This document shows positions 27,073 to 38,316 of a stretch of 64,000 nucleotides of DNA, in pieces; positions within the stretch are counted from its first letter, which is position 1, and the number at the start of each line of letters is the position of its first letter. The notes under the pieces were generated by a model, which saw only the letters and a program-made list of their open reading frames with translations, was not told the DNA's origin and did not search any database. This DNA comes from an uncultured Phycisphaerales bacterium (GTDB lineage: Bacteria; Planctomycetota; Phycisphaerae; Tepidisphaerales; Tepidisphaeraceae): NCBI GenBank assembly GCA_963758525.1, contig CAVWVQ010000003.1, positions 3,584,001 to 3,648,000 of the forward strand, in the 5' to 3' direction. The position numbers and the translations under genes were made by a program.

Positions 27073-28445
27073 ATGGCACGGATTCTGATTGTCGATGACC
27101 AGGAAATGATGAGAGATTCGCTTGCCGCCACGCTGGCGCACGATGGTCACGAGGTCGTCGCCGCCGGGGACGGACCGGCGGCTGTCGCGCGGCTGAGCTC
27201 GGCGCGCGGATCGATCTGCTCATCTCCGATCTCAAAATGCCGAAGATGACGGGGATCGAGCTGCTCGCCGAGGCCCGGCGGATTCGCCCCGACATGCCGG
27301 TCGTGCTGATGACGGCATTTGCGACGGTGGCGACTGCCGTCGAGGCCATGAAGCTCGGCGCCTACGACTATATTCAAAAGCCTTTTGACGGCGACGAGAT
27401 CAAGCTGCTCGTCGACCGGACTCTGGAACATACCCGCCTGGTGCGTGAAAATCAGGCGCTGCGGGCGATGGCGGAGTTGTCCGCCCCCAGGCCGTTGATC
27501 GGGTCTGGCGAAGTGATGGCGGAAGTGCGCAAGAAAATAGAGTTGGTCGCCCGCAGCGCCGCAACCGTTCTGATTCGCGGGGAGAGCGGCACTGGCAAGG
27601 AAGTCGTCGCCCGCGCGATTCATCAGGCGTCGCCGCGCAACGAGCGCCCGATGCTTGCCGTCAACTGCGCGGCGCTCTCGGAGTCGCTGCTGGAGTCGGA
27701 GCTGTTCGGCCATGAGAAAGGGGCCTTCACCGGCGCCGACAAGATCCGCCGGGGCCGATTTGAGCTGGCCGATGGCGGCTCGCTGCTGCTGGACGAAATC
27801 AGCGAGATTGCTCCGGCGTTGCAGGCGAAGCTGCTTCGGGTTTTGCAGGAGAGCCAGTTCGAGCGAGTGGGCAGCAGCATCAGCCAGCAGGTCGATGTTC
27901 GCGTGATTGCGACGAGCAATCGCGATCTCGAAACGGAAGTCGAAGCCGGACGTTTTCGCCAGGACCTCTTCTACCGTCTGAATGTGGTGCCGATCGATCT
28001 GCCGCCGCTTCGGCAGCGGAGCGAGGACATTCCCGAGCTCTGCCGGCATTTTCTCCATCAGATCGCGAAGCGGGAAAACTCGCCGTTCCGGCACGTCGAG
28101 AACGAAGCGATCCGCGCGATGCAGCGGTACAACTGGCCGGGTAACGTGCGCGAATTGCAGAATATTGTCGAGCGTGCCGCCGTCCTGGAAACCGAGCCAG
28201 GCGTCGTGCGGGCGGTGACGATCGAACCCTGGCTGCGCCAGCGGGGCGCGAACACGACCGCCGTCGACGACCTGGCGGGCAAGCCGCTGGCGGACATCGA
28301 AAAGCAGATCATTCTCAGCACATTGAATCAGTTCAAGGGCCATCGCGTGAAGACCGCGGGGGCACTTGGAATTGGCGTGAGAACGCTGGGAATGAAGCTC
28401 AAGCGATGGAAAGAAGAAGACGCGCCCGTTGGCGCGGCATACTGA
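27073..28445 (+). CDS. Sigma54-dependent response regulator (NtrC family, FlrC/FleR-like; frameshift near 27203)
   Basis: Receiver domain ILIVDD, GESGTGKE, GAFTGA, LLDEI, WPGNVREL and a C-terminal HTH. Confidence 0.93.
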
Positions 28446-28557
28446 TCGAGGCGTGTGGTTCGCGCAGCTTGTGCGCGTGACGCGCAGCAGTTGCGGCTTC
28501 GGCCCGGCACGGCCCCATAATTGGGCAGCTTTCCAGCGGCGCAAGCGAGCGGGCGCG

Positions 28558-28573
28558 TGGCACGGGGTTTGAT
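28558..28573 (+). promoter_or_regulatory. Possible sigma54 -24/-12 promoter for flgB
   Basis: TGGCAC-GGGGT-TTGAT (the -12 GC is GA), 26 nt before flgB and downstream of a sigma54 activator gene. Confidence 0.45.
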
Positions 28574-28599
28574 TTGGATGGTCTGATCTGGAGTCTGCG

Positions 28600-29001
28600 A
28601 TGTTCGTCGAACGGATGCTCAATCAGGGAAGCACGCCGCTGCTGGAGCAGATGGTGCGTTTCACCGCGGCCCGTCACGAGTTGATTGCCTCGGATGTGGT
28701 GAACATCAGCACCCCGGGCTACAAGCAGAAGGATCTGGACCTTGGGGCGTTTCAGCACATGCTCGCGGAGCACGCCGGGCAGCGGGACGCCAACGGGCCG
28801 GAAAACGTCGACTTCTCTGATATCGACGAAGAGATCGAGGAGCCGCACCGAGGGTTGCTGTTTCATGACGGGGCCAATCGGTCGATGGAGCAGCTCATGA
28901 GCGACCAGGCCAAAAACGCGCTGATGCACAACGTTGCGATCGAACTGCTCCGCCAGCAGTTTCAGACGCTGGAATTGGCGTTGAAAGAACGCGTTTCTTA
29001 A
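28600..29001 (+). CDS. flgB: Flagellar basal-body rod protein FlgB
   Basis: RHELIASDVVNISTPGYKQKDL, DGANRSMEQLM. Confidence 0.9.
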   Translation: MFVERMLNQGSTPLLEQMVRFTAARHELIASDVVNISTPGYKQKDLDLGAFQHMLAEHAGQRDANGPENVDFSDIDEEIEEPHRGLLFHDGANRSMEQLMSDQAKNALMHNVAIELLRQQFQTLELALKERVS

Positions 29002-29032
29002 AGGTGAGATTTAAAAGGTCAGGACGGGACAC

Positions 29033-29436
29033 ATGTTTGATGCACTCGATATCGGCGCCAGCGGGCTGACGGCCCAGCGCACGCGCATGGACACGATCGC
29101 CAATAATATTCTCAACGCGAAGACCACGCGCAACGCCGCGGGCGGCAAGGAAACATATCGGCGGAAGTTCGTGGTCTTTGCGCCGGGCAGGCGAACGATC
29201 CGTCGAAGCCGGGCGTACATGTTCAGGAGATCGATGCCGATCAGTCTCCGCTCCGCAAGGAATTTGATCCGGGTCACCCTGACGCCGACGAGAAAGGATA
29301 CGTTTCGTATCCGAACGTGGACACGGCCGTGGAATATGTGAACGCCATGGAAGCATCGCGTGCCTATGAGGCGAACGTCACCATGATGGATGTCACCAAG
29401 GCGATGATCAATGCGAGTCTGCGGCTGATTGCATAG
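29033..29436 (+). CDS. flgC: Flagellar basal-body rod protein FlgC (frameshift near 29188)
   Basis: ASGLTAQRTRMDTIANNI, then DPGHPDAD, PNVD and ASRAYEAN in the shifted frame. Confidence 0.93.
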
Positions 29437-29445
29437 TGGAAGCTC

Positions 29446-29754
29446 ATGATCGATCCGACGAGCAGTCTGTCCGTCACCCGCGCGTCGATGCCGACTGCGC
29501 CCAGCAGCCCCGCCGGCGCCGGTGCAACTGCTGGGACGAGCTTCGCCGACACGCTCAAAAGCAGTATCGATGAGGTATCGCGGCTGCAGCAGGATGCGAG
29601 CAGTGCCGTGGAAAACCTCGCCGAAGGAAAGACCGACAACATGAGCGGTGTGATGACCGCCGTGGAGAAATCAGATCTCGCGTTCAAGACGCTGCTGGCG
29701 ATTCGCGCCAAGCTGATGGACGCCTACGACGAAATAAAGGGAATCTCCGTGTAA
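29446..29754 (+). CDS. fliE: Flagellar hook-basal body protein FliE
   Basis: SFADTLK...VMTAVEKSDLAF...IRAKLMDAYDEI. Confidence 0.92.
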   Translation: MIDPTSSLSVTRASMPTAPSSPAGAGATAGTSFADTLKSSIDEVSRLQQDASSAVENLAEGKTDNMSGVMTAVEKSDLAFKTLLAIRAKLMDAYDEIKGISV

Positions 29755-29811
29755 CAACATCAACGCGGGCGGAGCCCGCGCGGCGTTCCATCAGCCAAGG
29801 AGGGCTGATCC

Positions 29812-31474
29812 ATGGATTTGCTCAAAGCACAATTCGATCGCATTTCCAAGCAACTTTCCGAACTGAGTTCATCGCAGAAGATGCTGACCGCGGCGCTCGT
29901 GGCCATCATGGTCATGACCCTGATCTGGTGGGGGCGCTGCCGGCGATCCTGAAATGGAGCCGGTGCTCGATCAGGCCTTCTCCGCGCAGGACGTCAGCCG
30001 CATCACCGCCAATCTCGCCTCCCGCGGAATTCACTACACCGTCTCGGGCGATCGCATCCTCGTTCCCGCCGATCGGAAATTCGAGGTGATCGCCGCGCTG
30101 AGTTACGCGAAGCTGATGCCGCGTGACACCGCCAGCGGGTTCGACGAGATGATGAAGAATCTCAGCAACCCGTTCAATGCCGAAACGATGAACGAGAAGC
30201 TTTTCAATCACGGCAAAGAGGTGATGCTTTCGCAGATCATCCAGAATTTTCCCAACGTCGCCAAGGCGGACGTGATGATCGATCCGACGCGGGAAGTGCA
30301 CGTGTCGGCGTCGGTTGAGCCGTCGGCGACCGTCACGCTGACAATGCAGGACGGAGCGCAGGCGCCCGACCAACTCGTGGACGCCGCCGCGGACGTGGTG
30401 CAGGGCGCGCAATCCGGACTGGCGCGTTCGCAGATCAAGGTGGTCGTCGGCGGCGTTCCGCGGCGGCTGCACGACACGGAGGACGGCAATGATATCAGCG
30501 GCGCCGGCAGCGACGCCCTGGAGCTGGAGCAGAAAGCGGAAGTAAATGCCGAAAAAGAGATCAAGGATTACTTCAGCTACATTCCCGATCTGAAGGTGTT
30601 TGTGAAGGTAAAGGTCAACTCCACGTCAACCGAACAGACCCAGCAGGAATATGACCCGAAGAAAGTCGTGCAGAAAGAGGTCGAAACCAACAACGACACC
30701 GTGGAAAGCAGCAATCCCAACCCCGCATCGGGCGAGCCGGGTGTCTCCACAAATGCGGGGCTCGCGGTCAACGGCCCAAGCGCAGGCAGCGCTTCAACAA
30801 ATAGCGAAACCAAGGAAAACACCAAGTTCCAGAACTTCGTGACCAGCACTGAATCACACACGAAGACCCCGCCGGGTCTGACCAGCGTTGTCGCCGCGAC
30901 AGTGCGGGTTCCGATGGCATATTTCGAGGCGATCTACACGAAACGGAACCCCGACGCCAAAGCGCCCACCGACGCCCAGCTTCAGCCGCTGCTGGAGGCG
31001 GAGCTGCCGAAGATTCGCACCGATGTGTTGAAGTGCACCGGACTGCTGACCGCGACGGATGTCGCCGTGGAAACCTATCTGGACGCCGCCCCGGTCGTGG
31101 CAACCGCGCCGGCGACCGCGTCGGCCTTATCCGTCAGCACGCTGATCGGCGGCCACAGCCGCGACCTGATGCTAGGCGGGCTGGCAGTCATGAGCTTGTT
31201 CATGGTGTCAATGATGGTTCGCAAGGGAACTCCGGTTCTGGTAGCGCCCGCCGCCGCGACGGGCGGAGCTGTGGCGATGGGACCCGGCGGGACATTGAGC
31301 ACCGAAGAGGCGGTAGCCGGCGAAGTGAGCGGCGGGGGTTCAATGCTCAACGGAATGGAGCTCGATGAAGCAGCCGTCCGCAGTCAACAAATGCTGGAGC
31401 AGGTTTCCAGCATGGTGAAGGAAAACCCCGAAGCCGCCGCGAATCTGGTGAAGCGGTGGATGAGCCATGCGTAA
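29812..31474 (+). CDS. fliF: Flagellar M-ring protein FliF (frameshift near 29937)
   Basis: ATG 29812 with a first TM helix, ring domain, GEPGVSTN, second TM and C-terminal ENPEAAANLVKRWM; lies between fliE and fliG. Confidence 0.88.
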
Positions 31475-31477
31475 GAG

Positions 31478-31536
31478 GGTTCAGGGTGTCAGTGTTCAGG
31501 GTGTCAGGGTTCAGGGTGTCAGGGTTGAGGGTTCAG
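31478..31536. repeat. GGGTTCA/GGGTGTCA short tandem array
   Basis: Same unit as the large array at 54303-54541. Confidence 0.75.
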
Positions 31537-31592
31537 GAGGCGACTTGGCTGCTGAACCGCGAGCGTTTGTTGGGAGTTTGGAACAGTAGCGT

Positions 31593-32597
31593 ATGGCAGA
31601 TCTTACCGGTGTCAGAAAGTCCGCGATTCTGCTTCTCTCGCTGAGCCAGGACGAGGCGGCGGAGATTCTCAAGCGCCTTCCGGCCGAAGCCGTCGAAGAG
31701 GTCAGCCGGGAAATCGCCTCGATGGGCGACGTGCCGGTGGCGGCTCGCGGAGATGTCTTCGGAGAGTTCTACAACCTGGCGCTGGCGAACTCCTATCTGG
31801 GCGAAGGAGGGCTGGAGTACGCCAAAACCCTTCTGCGGAAATCGCTGAGCGAGGATGAAGCGTCGCGCGTCATCAAGCAGGTGACGCAGCAGGTGCAGAC
31901 GACTCCCTTCTCATTTTTGCAGAAGGCCGAAAGCGAAAATCTGCTGACGTTTATTCAGGATGAGCATCCGCAGACGATTGCGCTGATTCTGGCCCATCTC
32001 CCGTCGCAGAAGGCCAGCGAAATCCTCGTCGGGCTCCCGGCTCAGAAGCAGATCGAGGTCGTCAAGCGCGTCGCGAATATGGAGCAGACGAACCCTGAAG
32101 TGATCAAGGAAGTCGAGCGCGGCCTGGAACACCGGCTGTCGGACATCGTCAGCCAGACGTTCGAAAAGGCCGGCGGCGTGGATACCGTGGCGGAAATTCT
32201 GAATCTTGCCGATCGCTCGACGGAAAAAGGAATCATGGAGGGGCTCGAAGCCGAGGATCCCGATCTCGTCGAGCAGATCCGCCGGCTCATGTTCGTCTTC
32301 GAGGACATTCTGCTGGTCAACGACAAGGGGATTCAGTCGGTGCTGAAAGAGGTCGACAACGAGGAGCTGTCGCTGGCTCTGAAAACCGCAAGCCAGGACC
32401 TCAAAGACAAGATCTTCAAAAACATGTCGGAACGCGCGGCGCAGCTGATCGCCGAGGACATGCAGTACATGGGTCCGGTGCGCGTCAGCGATGTGGAGGC
32501 GGCACAGCAGAAAATCGTGGACGTTGTGCGGCGCCTGGAAGACGCGGGGGAAATCATCATCGCCGGCCGCGGCGGGGAGAAGGAAATGGTTGTGTGA
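31593..32597 (+). CDS. fliG: Flagellar motor switch protein FliG
   Basis: KSAILLLSL, EHPQTIALIL, MFVFEDI, NMSERAA and GPVRVSDVEAAQ motifs. Confidence 0.97.
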   Translation: MADLTGVRKSAILLLSLSQDEAAEILKRLPAEAVEEVSREIASMGDVPVAARGDVFGEFYNLALANSYLGEGGLEYAKTLLRKSLSEDEASRVIKQVTQQVQTTPFSFLQKAESENLLTFIQDEHPQTIALILAHLPSQKASEILVGLPAQKQIEVVKRVANMEQTNPEVIKEVERGLEHRLSDIVSQTFEKAGGVDTVAEILNLADRSTEKGIMEGLEAEDPDLVEQIRRLMFVFEDILLVNDKGIQSVLKEVDNEELSLALKTASQDLKDKIFKNMSERAAQLIAEDMQYMGPVRVSDVEAAQQKIVDVVRRLEDAGEIIIAGRGGEKEMVV

Positions 32598-32616
32598 CCA
32601 TGTGCCAAATGAACGT

Positions 32617-32695
32617 GCACGATTACGCGCACGTGCGACGAGTATGTTGCCCTTAGGGCAGCCGCTAAACGGTTTTTGGAAGCGCGTAATCGCGC
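32617..32695. repeat. Inverted repeat between fliG and fliH
   Basis: GCACGATTACGCGC ... GCGCGTAATCGCGC. Confidence 0.6.
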
Positions 32696-32737
32696 AAGGT
32701 CATATAGAAATATTTCCGAGTCTGCAGACGTGAACGC

Positions 32738-33442
32738 ATGGGTGTCATCAAAGCTGAAAACCTGCCGGCATCCGTGAGTCCTTTCTCCATGCGCGACGTG
32801 GAGAATGAGGCGCGCGGCATCCTTGCGCGTGCCCGGAGACAGGCGGAGCAACTGCTGGCCGCGGCGCAAATCGAAAGCGAAAGGCTGAAGAAGGAGTCGC
32901 ACGCGCTGGGACTGGCGGAGGGCCGGCGCGAAGGGAACGCGGCGGGGTTGGAGGCCGGCAGGGCAGCGGGGCGCAGCGAGGCACTGGCGGCGCAAAGCGA
33001 CTCACTGCGCCACGTCCTGGGTGCATTGACCGTTTCCGTCGCGGCGCTGGAGGCCCAGCGCACGGCGCTGGAGGCGGCGGCACTCGCTGATGTGGTGAAG
33101 CTCTCGGTGGCAATCGCGCGGCGAGTGACCAAACGTCAGGGGCTGATCGAGCCGGACGTTCTGGCGGCAAATCTTGCCGAGTTGATGAGCCTCGTCGCTC
33201 ATGCATCGGATATCCGTATCGCGATCCATCCCCGGCAAAACCAGGCACTCAAAGAGATTCTCCCGCAACTGCAGGTGCAGTGGCCGAACCTCAGGCACGT
33301 GGAAGTGATCGACGACCCGACAATCGCCCCCGGAGGCTGCAAGGTCTACACGCAACAGGGATTTGTCGATGCGGACCTGGATGCGCAGCTGACCCGCATC
33401 GTGGATGATTTATTGCCGCGCCCTGCCGGGACGACGACATGA
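32738..33442 (+). CDS. fliH: Flagellar assembly protein FliH
   Basis: AxxxGxxxG repeats, IAIHP, DPTIAPGGC and VDA motifs. Confidence 0.9.
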   Translation: MGVIKAENLPASVSPFSMRDVENEARGILARARRQAEQLLAAAQIESERLKKESHALGLAEGRREGNAAGLEAGRAAGRSEALAAQSDSLRHVLGALTVSVAALEAQRTALEAAALADVVKLSVAIARRVTKRQGLIEPDVLAANLAELMSLVAHASDIRIAIHPRQNQALKEILPQLQVQWPNLRHVEVIDDPTIAPGGCKVYTQQGFVDADLDAQLTRIVDDLLPRPAGTTT

Positions 33443-34812
33443 GCTCGCAGCTTCTGGCCCAACTCGACGCAGTGGAGAACGCAATGCCGTTTGGCGTCGT
33501 CGGGCAGGTGCAGGCCGTCAGCGGGATGACCATCGAGGCGGCGGACCTCACGCTGCCGCTGGGCAGTCTCTGCAAAATCAGCAGTTTTGGCGGGAAGACC
33601 TGCACGGCGGAAGTGATCGGATTCGCGCACAACCGCACGATCCTGATGCCGCTTGGCGCCACGGCCGGGGTATCGCGCGGGGATCGAATCGCCAATCAGT
33701 GCGCTTCGCCCCGGATCTGGTGCTCCGAGCAATTGCTGGGCCGCGTGATCAACGGGCTCGGCGAGCCGATCGATGGCAAAGGCCCGCTGCACTTTTGCGA
33801 ATCCCGGCGGATTGACGGTCGCGCGATTGCGCCGATGGACCGGGAACCCATCCGCCAGCCAATTTCGACCGGGGTCCGCGCCATCGACGGATTGCTTACC
33901 TGCGGGCTTGGGCAGCGCGTCGGCATCTTCTCGGGGCCGGGGGTTGGAAAGAGCACGCTGCTGGCGTCGATCGCGCGGCACACCAGCGCGGATATCAGCG
34001 TCGTCGTGCTGATCGGCGAACGCGGACGCGAGGTGCAGGAATTCATCGAGCATGGGCTGGGCCCGCAAGGGCTGCGGCGATGCGTGGTGATCGTGAGCAC
34101 CAGCGACGAGCCGCCGCTCTTGCGCGTGCGGGCCGCGAAGGTGGCCTGCACGGTGTCAGAGTATTTCCGCGACGCCGGCAAAAATGTGCTGCTGATGATG
34201 GATTCGCTGACGCGCTTGTGCCACGGGCAGCGTCAGATCGGTCTGGCGGCGCGCGAGCCGCCGGCGACGAAGGGGTTTCCGCCCAGCGTCTTTGCGCTGC
34301 TTCCCGAAATTCTCGAGCGGGCGGGCAAGACGCCGCGCGGATCGATCACGGGTTTTTACACGGTGCTGGTGGAGGGTGACGACTTTAACGAACCGATTCC
34401 TGACGCCGTGAAAGGGATCGCGGACGGTCACTTCTGGCTCAGCCGATCGCTGGCAAATCGCGGACATTTCCCGGCGCTGGACGTGCTGCAGAGCATCAGC
34501 CGGGTGCGCAGCGATGTGATCGACGGCGAGCAGACCAAGGCATGCCGAAGGGTGCTTGCGCTCACGGCGGTTTATGCCGACATCGAGGATCTGGTCAACA
34601 TCGGCGCCTACGTGCCCGGGGCAAGTCTGGAATATGACGTCGCGGTGCAGGCACGGCCCAAGATCATCGAGTTTCTCCGGCAGGAGGCGTTTGCCCCCAT
34701 GGAGTTCGACAAGTCGCGCCGGCAGGCAATCGAGCTGGCGAATTGGACCGAGGCGCTGGAAAAGACGCTTCGCATGCAAGCCGCCAAGGCGGCCTCGAAG
34801 GGAAAGGCCTGA
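33439..34812 (+). CDS. fliI: Flagellum-specific export ATPase FliI
   Basis: GPGVGKST, LIGERGREV, MDSLTR, LERAG and GSITGFYTVLVEGDD motifs. Confidence 0.96.
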   Translation: MSSQLLAQLDAVENAMPFGVVGQVQAVSGMTIEAADLTLPLGSLCKISSFGGKTCTAEVIGFAHNRTILMPLGATAGVSRGDRIANQCASPRIWCSEQLLGRVINGLGEPIDGKGPLHFCESRRIDGRAIAPMDREPIRQPISTGVRAIDGLLTCGLGQRVGIFSGPGVGKSTLLASIARHTSADISVVVLIGERGREVQEFIEHGLGPQGLRRCVVIVSTSDEPPLLRVRAAKVACTVSEYFRDAGKNVLLMMDSLTRLCHGQRQIGLAAREPPATKGFPPSVFALLPEILERAGKTPRGSITGFYTVLVEGDDFNEPIPDAVKGIADGHFWLSRSLANRGHFPALDVLQSISRVRSDVIDGEQTKACRRVLALTAVYADIEDLVNIGAYVPGASLEYDVAVQARPKIIEFLRQEAFAPMEFDKSRRQAIELANWTEALEKTLRMQAAKAASKGKA

Positions 34813-34850
34813 GCGAAAACAACCGACGTGCATCTTTGAGCGCTTTCCCC

Positions 34851-34956
34851 GTGGCACGGGCATCCTGCCCGTGTTAGCGACGCCGAAGTAAGACAAATGT
34901 GGTATCCGGGTTTTGTTCATCCCACGCACCTAACACGGGCAGGATGCCCGTGCCAC
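34851..34956. repeat. REP-like doublet, family A
   Basis: GTGGCACGGGCATCCTGCCCGTG ... CACGGGCAGGATGCCCGTGCCAC. Confidence 0.9.
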
Positions 34957-35014
34957 AGGGAAGCGGGATGCGGAGCAACGATCAAACGGCCGCGGTGCAA
35001 CACGCGAGAGATTG

Positions 35015-35485
35015 ATGGCGAGATTTTTGTTTCATCTTGACGGTCTTTTGCGGCATCGCAAAAGCCAGGAACGGGAGCGGCAGCGCGACGTGGCGGTGAT
35101 CGCGGCCGAGATGTCGGTGCTCCAGGCTGAGCTCGGATCGCTCAACGGGACGCTTCAACAAACGCTCGACGATCTGCGTAGCAATCACCTGGTGGGCAGG
35201 CTCGACTTACAGTTTCTTGCGGCGCACCGTCGCTACATTCTTTCCGTGCAGCGCAAAACCGGCTCGATCGCGCAGAAAATGGCGCTGGTGCAAAAGCAGA
35301 TCGACAACGCCCGCGCGCAGCTCATCGAGGCAGCACGTCAGCGGAAAATGCTGGAAAAGCTTCGGGAAAAGCATCATCAGGAGTGGGTGGCGCGGCAGAA
35401 TCACAGCGAGTTTCTCGAAGCCGACGACATCGGCACGCGACTTGCCTTGGCTGATCGTGCGAACGTCGGGGAGGATGCCCCGTGA
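35015..35485 (+). CDS. fliJ: Flagellar export protein FliJ
   Basis: MARFLFHLDGLL N-terminus, coiled coil, RKMLEKLREK...EADDI. Confidence 0.85.
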   Translation: MARFLFHLDGLLRHRKSQERERQRDVAVIAAEMSVLQAELGSLNGTLQQTLDDLRSNHLVGRLDLQFLAAHRRYILSVQRKTGSIAQKMALVQKQIDNARAQLIEAARQRKMLEKLREKHHQEWVARQNHSEFLEADDIGTRLALADRANVGEDAP

Positions 35486-36168
35486 AGACCATCGGAACCG
35501 TGTTCCTCATGATTTTGGCCGTTAACTTCCTGGCACTGGCCGGAGGCGCGGGCTGGCTGTTTCAAAGCGGACACTTGAATAAGGATCGCGTGAAGGCGAT
35601 TCGAGAAGTCATGTTTCCGGCAGCGACGCAGCCAACGACGCAGCCGACCGACGCCGGTGTTCCTCCAGAGCCAACCGCGTCATCGCGACTGGAAGAACTG
35701 CTGGCGAAGCGCACCGGTGCGCGATCGGCCGCGGAGCAGACGGAATTTCTGCAGCACACTTTCGACGCGCAGATGAGTCAGCTCGATCAGCGTCAGCGGC
35801 AGTTGGAAGATTTGCAGCGGCTGGTCGCGGCTGGACAGGCGCAGGTGCGGGCCGACCGAGCCCAATTGGATGCCGACCGGCAGAAGCTGACCGACGATCA
35901 GCAGCAGTCGGCGCGTCTCGCGGACGATCAGGGATTCCAGGACAGCCTGAATCTCTACAACTCGATGCCGGCCAAGCAGGTGAAGGACATTTTCCTGTCG
36001 ATCGACGACAAGACGGTTGTGAACTATCTGCGTGCGATGACGCCGCGGACCGCGGCAAAGGTGCTGAAGGAGTTCAAGACGCCCGATGAAGCGGTTCGCG
36101 TTCAAAAGCTCATGGATCGCATGCGGGAATCCGCCCCCGCGACCAACCCGGTGAAGGAACAGCAGTAA
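35482..36168 (+). CDS. MotE/FlbB-like flagellar protein (TM, coiled coil, MgtE-N-like domain)
   Basis: N-terminal TM, coiled coil, LYNSMPAKQVK...LRAMTPRTAAKVL; lies between fliJ and fliK. Confidence 0.7.
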   Translation: MKTIGTVFLMILAVNFLALAGGAGWLFQSGHLNKDRVKAIREVMFPAATQPTTQPTDAGVPPEPTASSRLEELLAKRTGARSAAEQTEFLQHTFDAQMSQLDQRQRQLEDLQRLVAAGQAQVRADRAQLDADRQKLTDDQQQSARLADDQGFQDSLNLYNSMPAKQVKDIFLSIDDKTVVNYLRAMTPRTAAKVLKEFKTPDEAVRVQKLMDRMRESAPATNPVKEQQ

Positions 36169-37614
36169 TGTCTCCCACGTCGCTGACATCGTCTTTCCCA
36201 GCACCTCCCGCGCCCGGCGCCGCCGAATGATGCGAACGCCGCCGGCACTGCCGATACCGCGAATCAACCCGGACGAAGCTTTCGTCAGGTGTTGGATGAC
36301 CAGTCCAACCGGACCGAAGCTCAGCCAGCGAATTCGAGCGACAGCGCGAGCAAGAGCGACACCGCGAAAAAGTCGGACGACTCAAAGGATGACAACTCGG
36401 GCGATACGCAAGCAACGAATAATGCTGCCGGAGGCGCGGACAGCGAGAACGGCGCGGTCAGCGCCAACCCTGCCGGCGACGCGGGAACCGCTGCTGCTCC
36501 AGACGCGGCCAAGGGGCCGGCGGCGAAGCGAGCTGGCAAGGCAGCGGTCGGCGGTGCAAAGACGACGCCATCGGGAGATGCCGCGGCATCGAACGAGAAT
36601 GCCGTGAACGCTTCGGTGGAGGTGGACCCATCGGCGGCTGCGGAGCAGGGCGTGACGCCAGTCGACGAAAAGCAGGGGGGCGACGGAAAATCGAAAGCGC
36701 AAAAGGCCGCGACCACAGCGAAGCCGACCGACGGGTCCGAATCGGCCGTTCTCACGGTGGCCGCGTGCAGCGCGGCCCCCGCGGCGTCTGCTCCAGAGAC
36801 TCCCGCGGAATTGACTGTTTCGCAGCAAGCCTCCAAGACCGGCGACGGGTCCCACCCGACTGACGCGATCACTGGGAAAGCGACGGCAAAGTCAACGCTC
36901 CGGGCGGAGGACTCCATTCAGCCTGGCAAGACCGACAAGCAAGCCGCCAAGCAGTCGGCGACCGTTGCCGCGGGCCCGGCCGATGCGTCATCTCCGTCGA
37001 CTGACGCAACGCCTGATGCGGTGGCCAGCGCCGATGCGGATGTCGCGCCCGTGGAGCATCCGGCTGCGAAGGGGGATCTCGCGACGTTTGCGCAGCAATT
37101 AACGGACGCCACCGCCCAGAAAACAAACGATGTGCAAAAGATCACGACGGCACAGCCCGCGGCGCCGCCCGCGCCCACCGTCGCGGATTTTGCGGCAGCG
37201 AATCACGCTCAGATCGTCAGCTCCGTGCATACCCAGTTGCTTCCCAACGGCGGATCGATGCAGATCCGTCTCGATCCGCCGGACCTCGGGGCCATGCAGA
37301 TTACCGTTCATATGCGGGACGGTGTCATGAGCGCGGAATTTCAGGCGTCGAACGACCAGACGGCAAAGTTGCTCAGCCACAGCCTCGGCGACCTCAAGAC
37401 GCAGCTCGAAACGCAGGGGGTGACCGTGGAAAAGCTGCACGTGACGGCTGCGCCGCGGGAATCGCGCGGCGGCAGCAACGGTTCCGATGCGCGAAAGCAT
37501 CGCGAGCAGGCGCCCAGCGACGACCAGCGGCGGGAACAGCAGCGCAAGGAAATGCTGCGTCGAATGTGGAGCAAGCTTGCCAAGGGAGACGCGCCGCTGG
37601 ACATGGTGGCGTAG
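36168..37614 (+). CDS. fliK: Flagellar hook-length control protein FliK (probable frameshift near 36220)
   Basis: Low-complexity A/D/S/T-rich region and C-terminal IRLDPPDLGAMQITV...LKTQLETQG; ATG 36168 is coupled to the upstream stop. Confidence 0.88.
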
Positions 37615-37623
37615 AGTCGACCC

Positions 37624-37704
37624 CACGCCGAGTCTGAGGTACGCCGAAGGCTCGAATTCCCGCGCGGTCGATACGAGCCTTCGGATTACCTCAGACTCGG
37701 CGTG
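37624..37704. repeat. Long hairpin (palindromic element) between fliK and flgD
   Basis: CACGCCGAGTCTGAGGTA-CG-CCGAAGGCTCG ... CGAGCCTTCGG-AT-TACCTCAGACTCGGCGTG. Confidence 0.8.
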
Positions 37705-37851
37705 ATGGGAAATTTGGATTTCGAACCGGCTCTGAACCACTGGCTGCTGGCGCGGATTTGGCGCGTTGGATCGCGCAGAGTTCTGCTTCGACAGATTACC
37801 GCGTCAGATTATTCATCGGACAGCTGTCCCGCCGCCGAAAGGTAAAGCGAT

Positions 37852-38316
37852 ATGACGACGACATCCGTTCAACCAACCGGGCAGGTTTCGACCGATCAGT
37901 TGCAGGCACCCGCCTCGACGGGACTGTCGGCACTCACGCCCAGCGACTTTATCAATCTGATGGTCACCGAGCTGCAGAACCAGGATCCGACGCAGCCTGA
38001 ATCCAGCGATCAGTTGCTCTCTCAGATGAGTCAGATCGGGCAGCTTCAATCGTCGAATTCCCTGCAGTCGACTCTCTCTGGCCTGGCACAGCAGAATCAG
38101 ATCGGAGCCGCATCCTCGTTGATCGGCAAGAGTGTCCAGGGGCTCAGTTCCAGCAACAATCAGGTGAGCGGAATTGTCAGCTCGGTCAACGTCGCCAGCA
38201 GCGGCGTTACGCTGGAGCTGGACAACGGCAACAGTCTGTCGCTCGCGAACGTGACGAGCATCGCCCCGGCCTCCACAACAACGTCTGCGACTTCGACTTC
38301 GACGCCAGCTTCATGA
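37852..38316 (+). CDS. flgD: Flagellar hook capping protein FlgD
   Basis: DFINLMVTELQNQDPTQP and ASSLIGKSV motifs. Confidence 0.93.
   Translation: MTTTSVQPTGQVSTDQLQAPASTGLSALTPSDFINLMVTELQNQDPTQPESSDQLLSQMSQIGQLQSSNSLQSTLSGLAQQNQIGAASSLIGKSVQGLSSSNNQVSGIVSSVNVASSGVTLELDNGNSLSLANVTSIAPASTTTSATSTSTPAS

Noticed and set aside
26868..27098. 76-aa ORF between the kinase and the regulator (ATGA overlap)
   Set aside because: No recognisable motif, and it overlaps the regulator start; it cannot be supported, though not excluded.
37748..37763. Sigma54-like TGGCGC-N5-TGGCG before flgD
   Set aside because: The GG-N10-GC spacing fits but the match is weak in GC-rich DNA; not enough to call.
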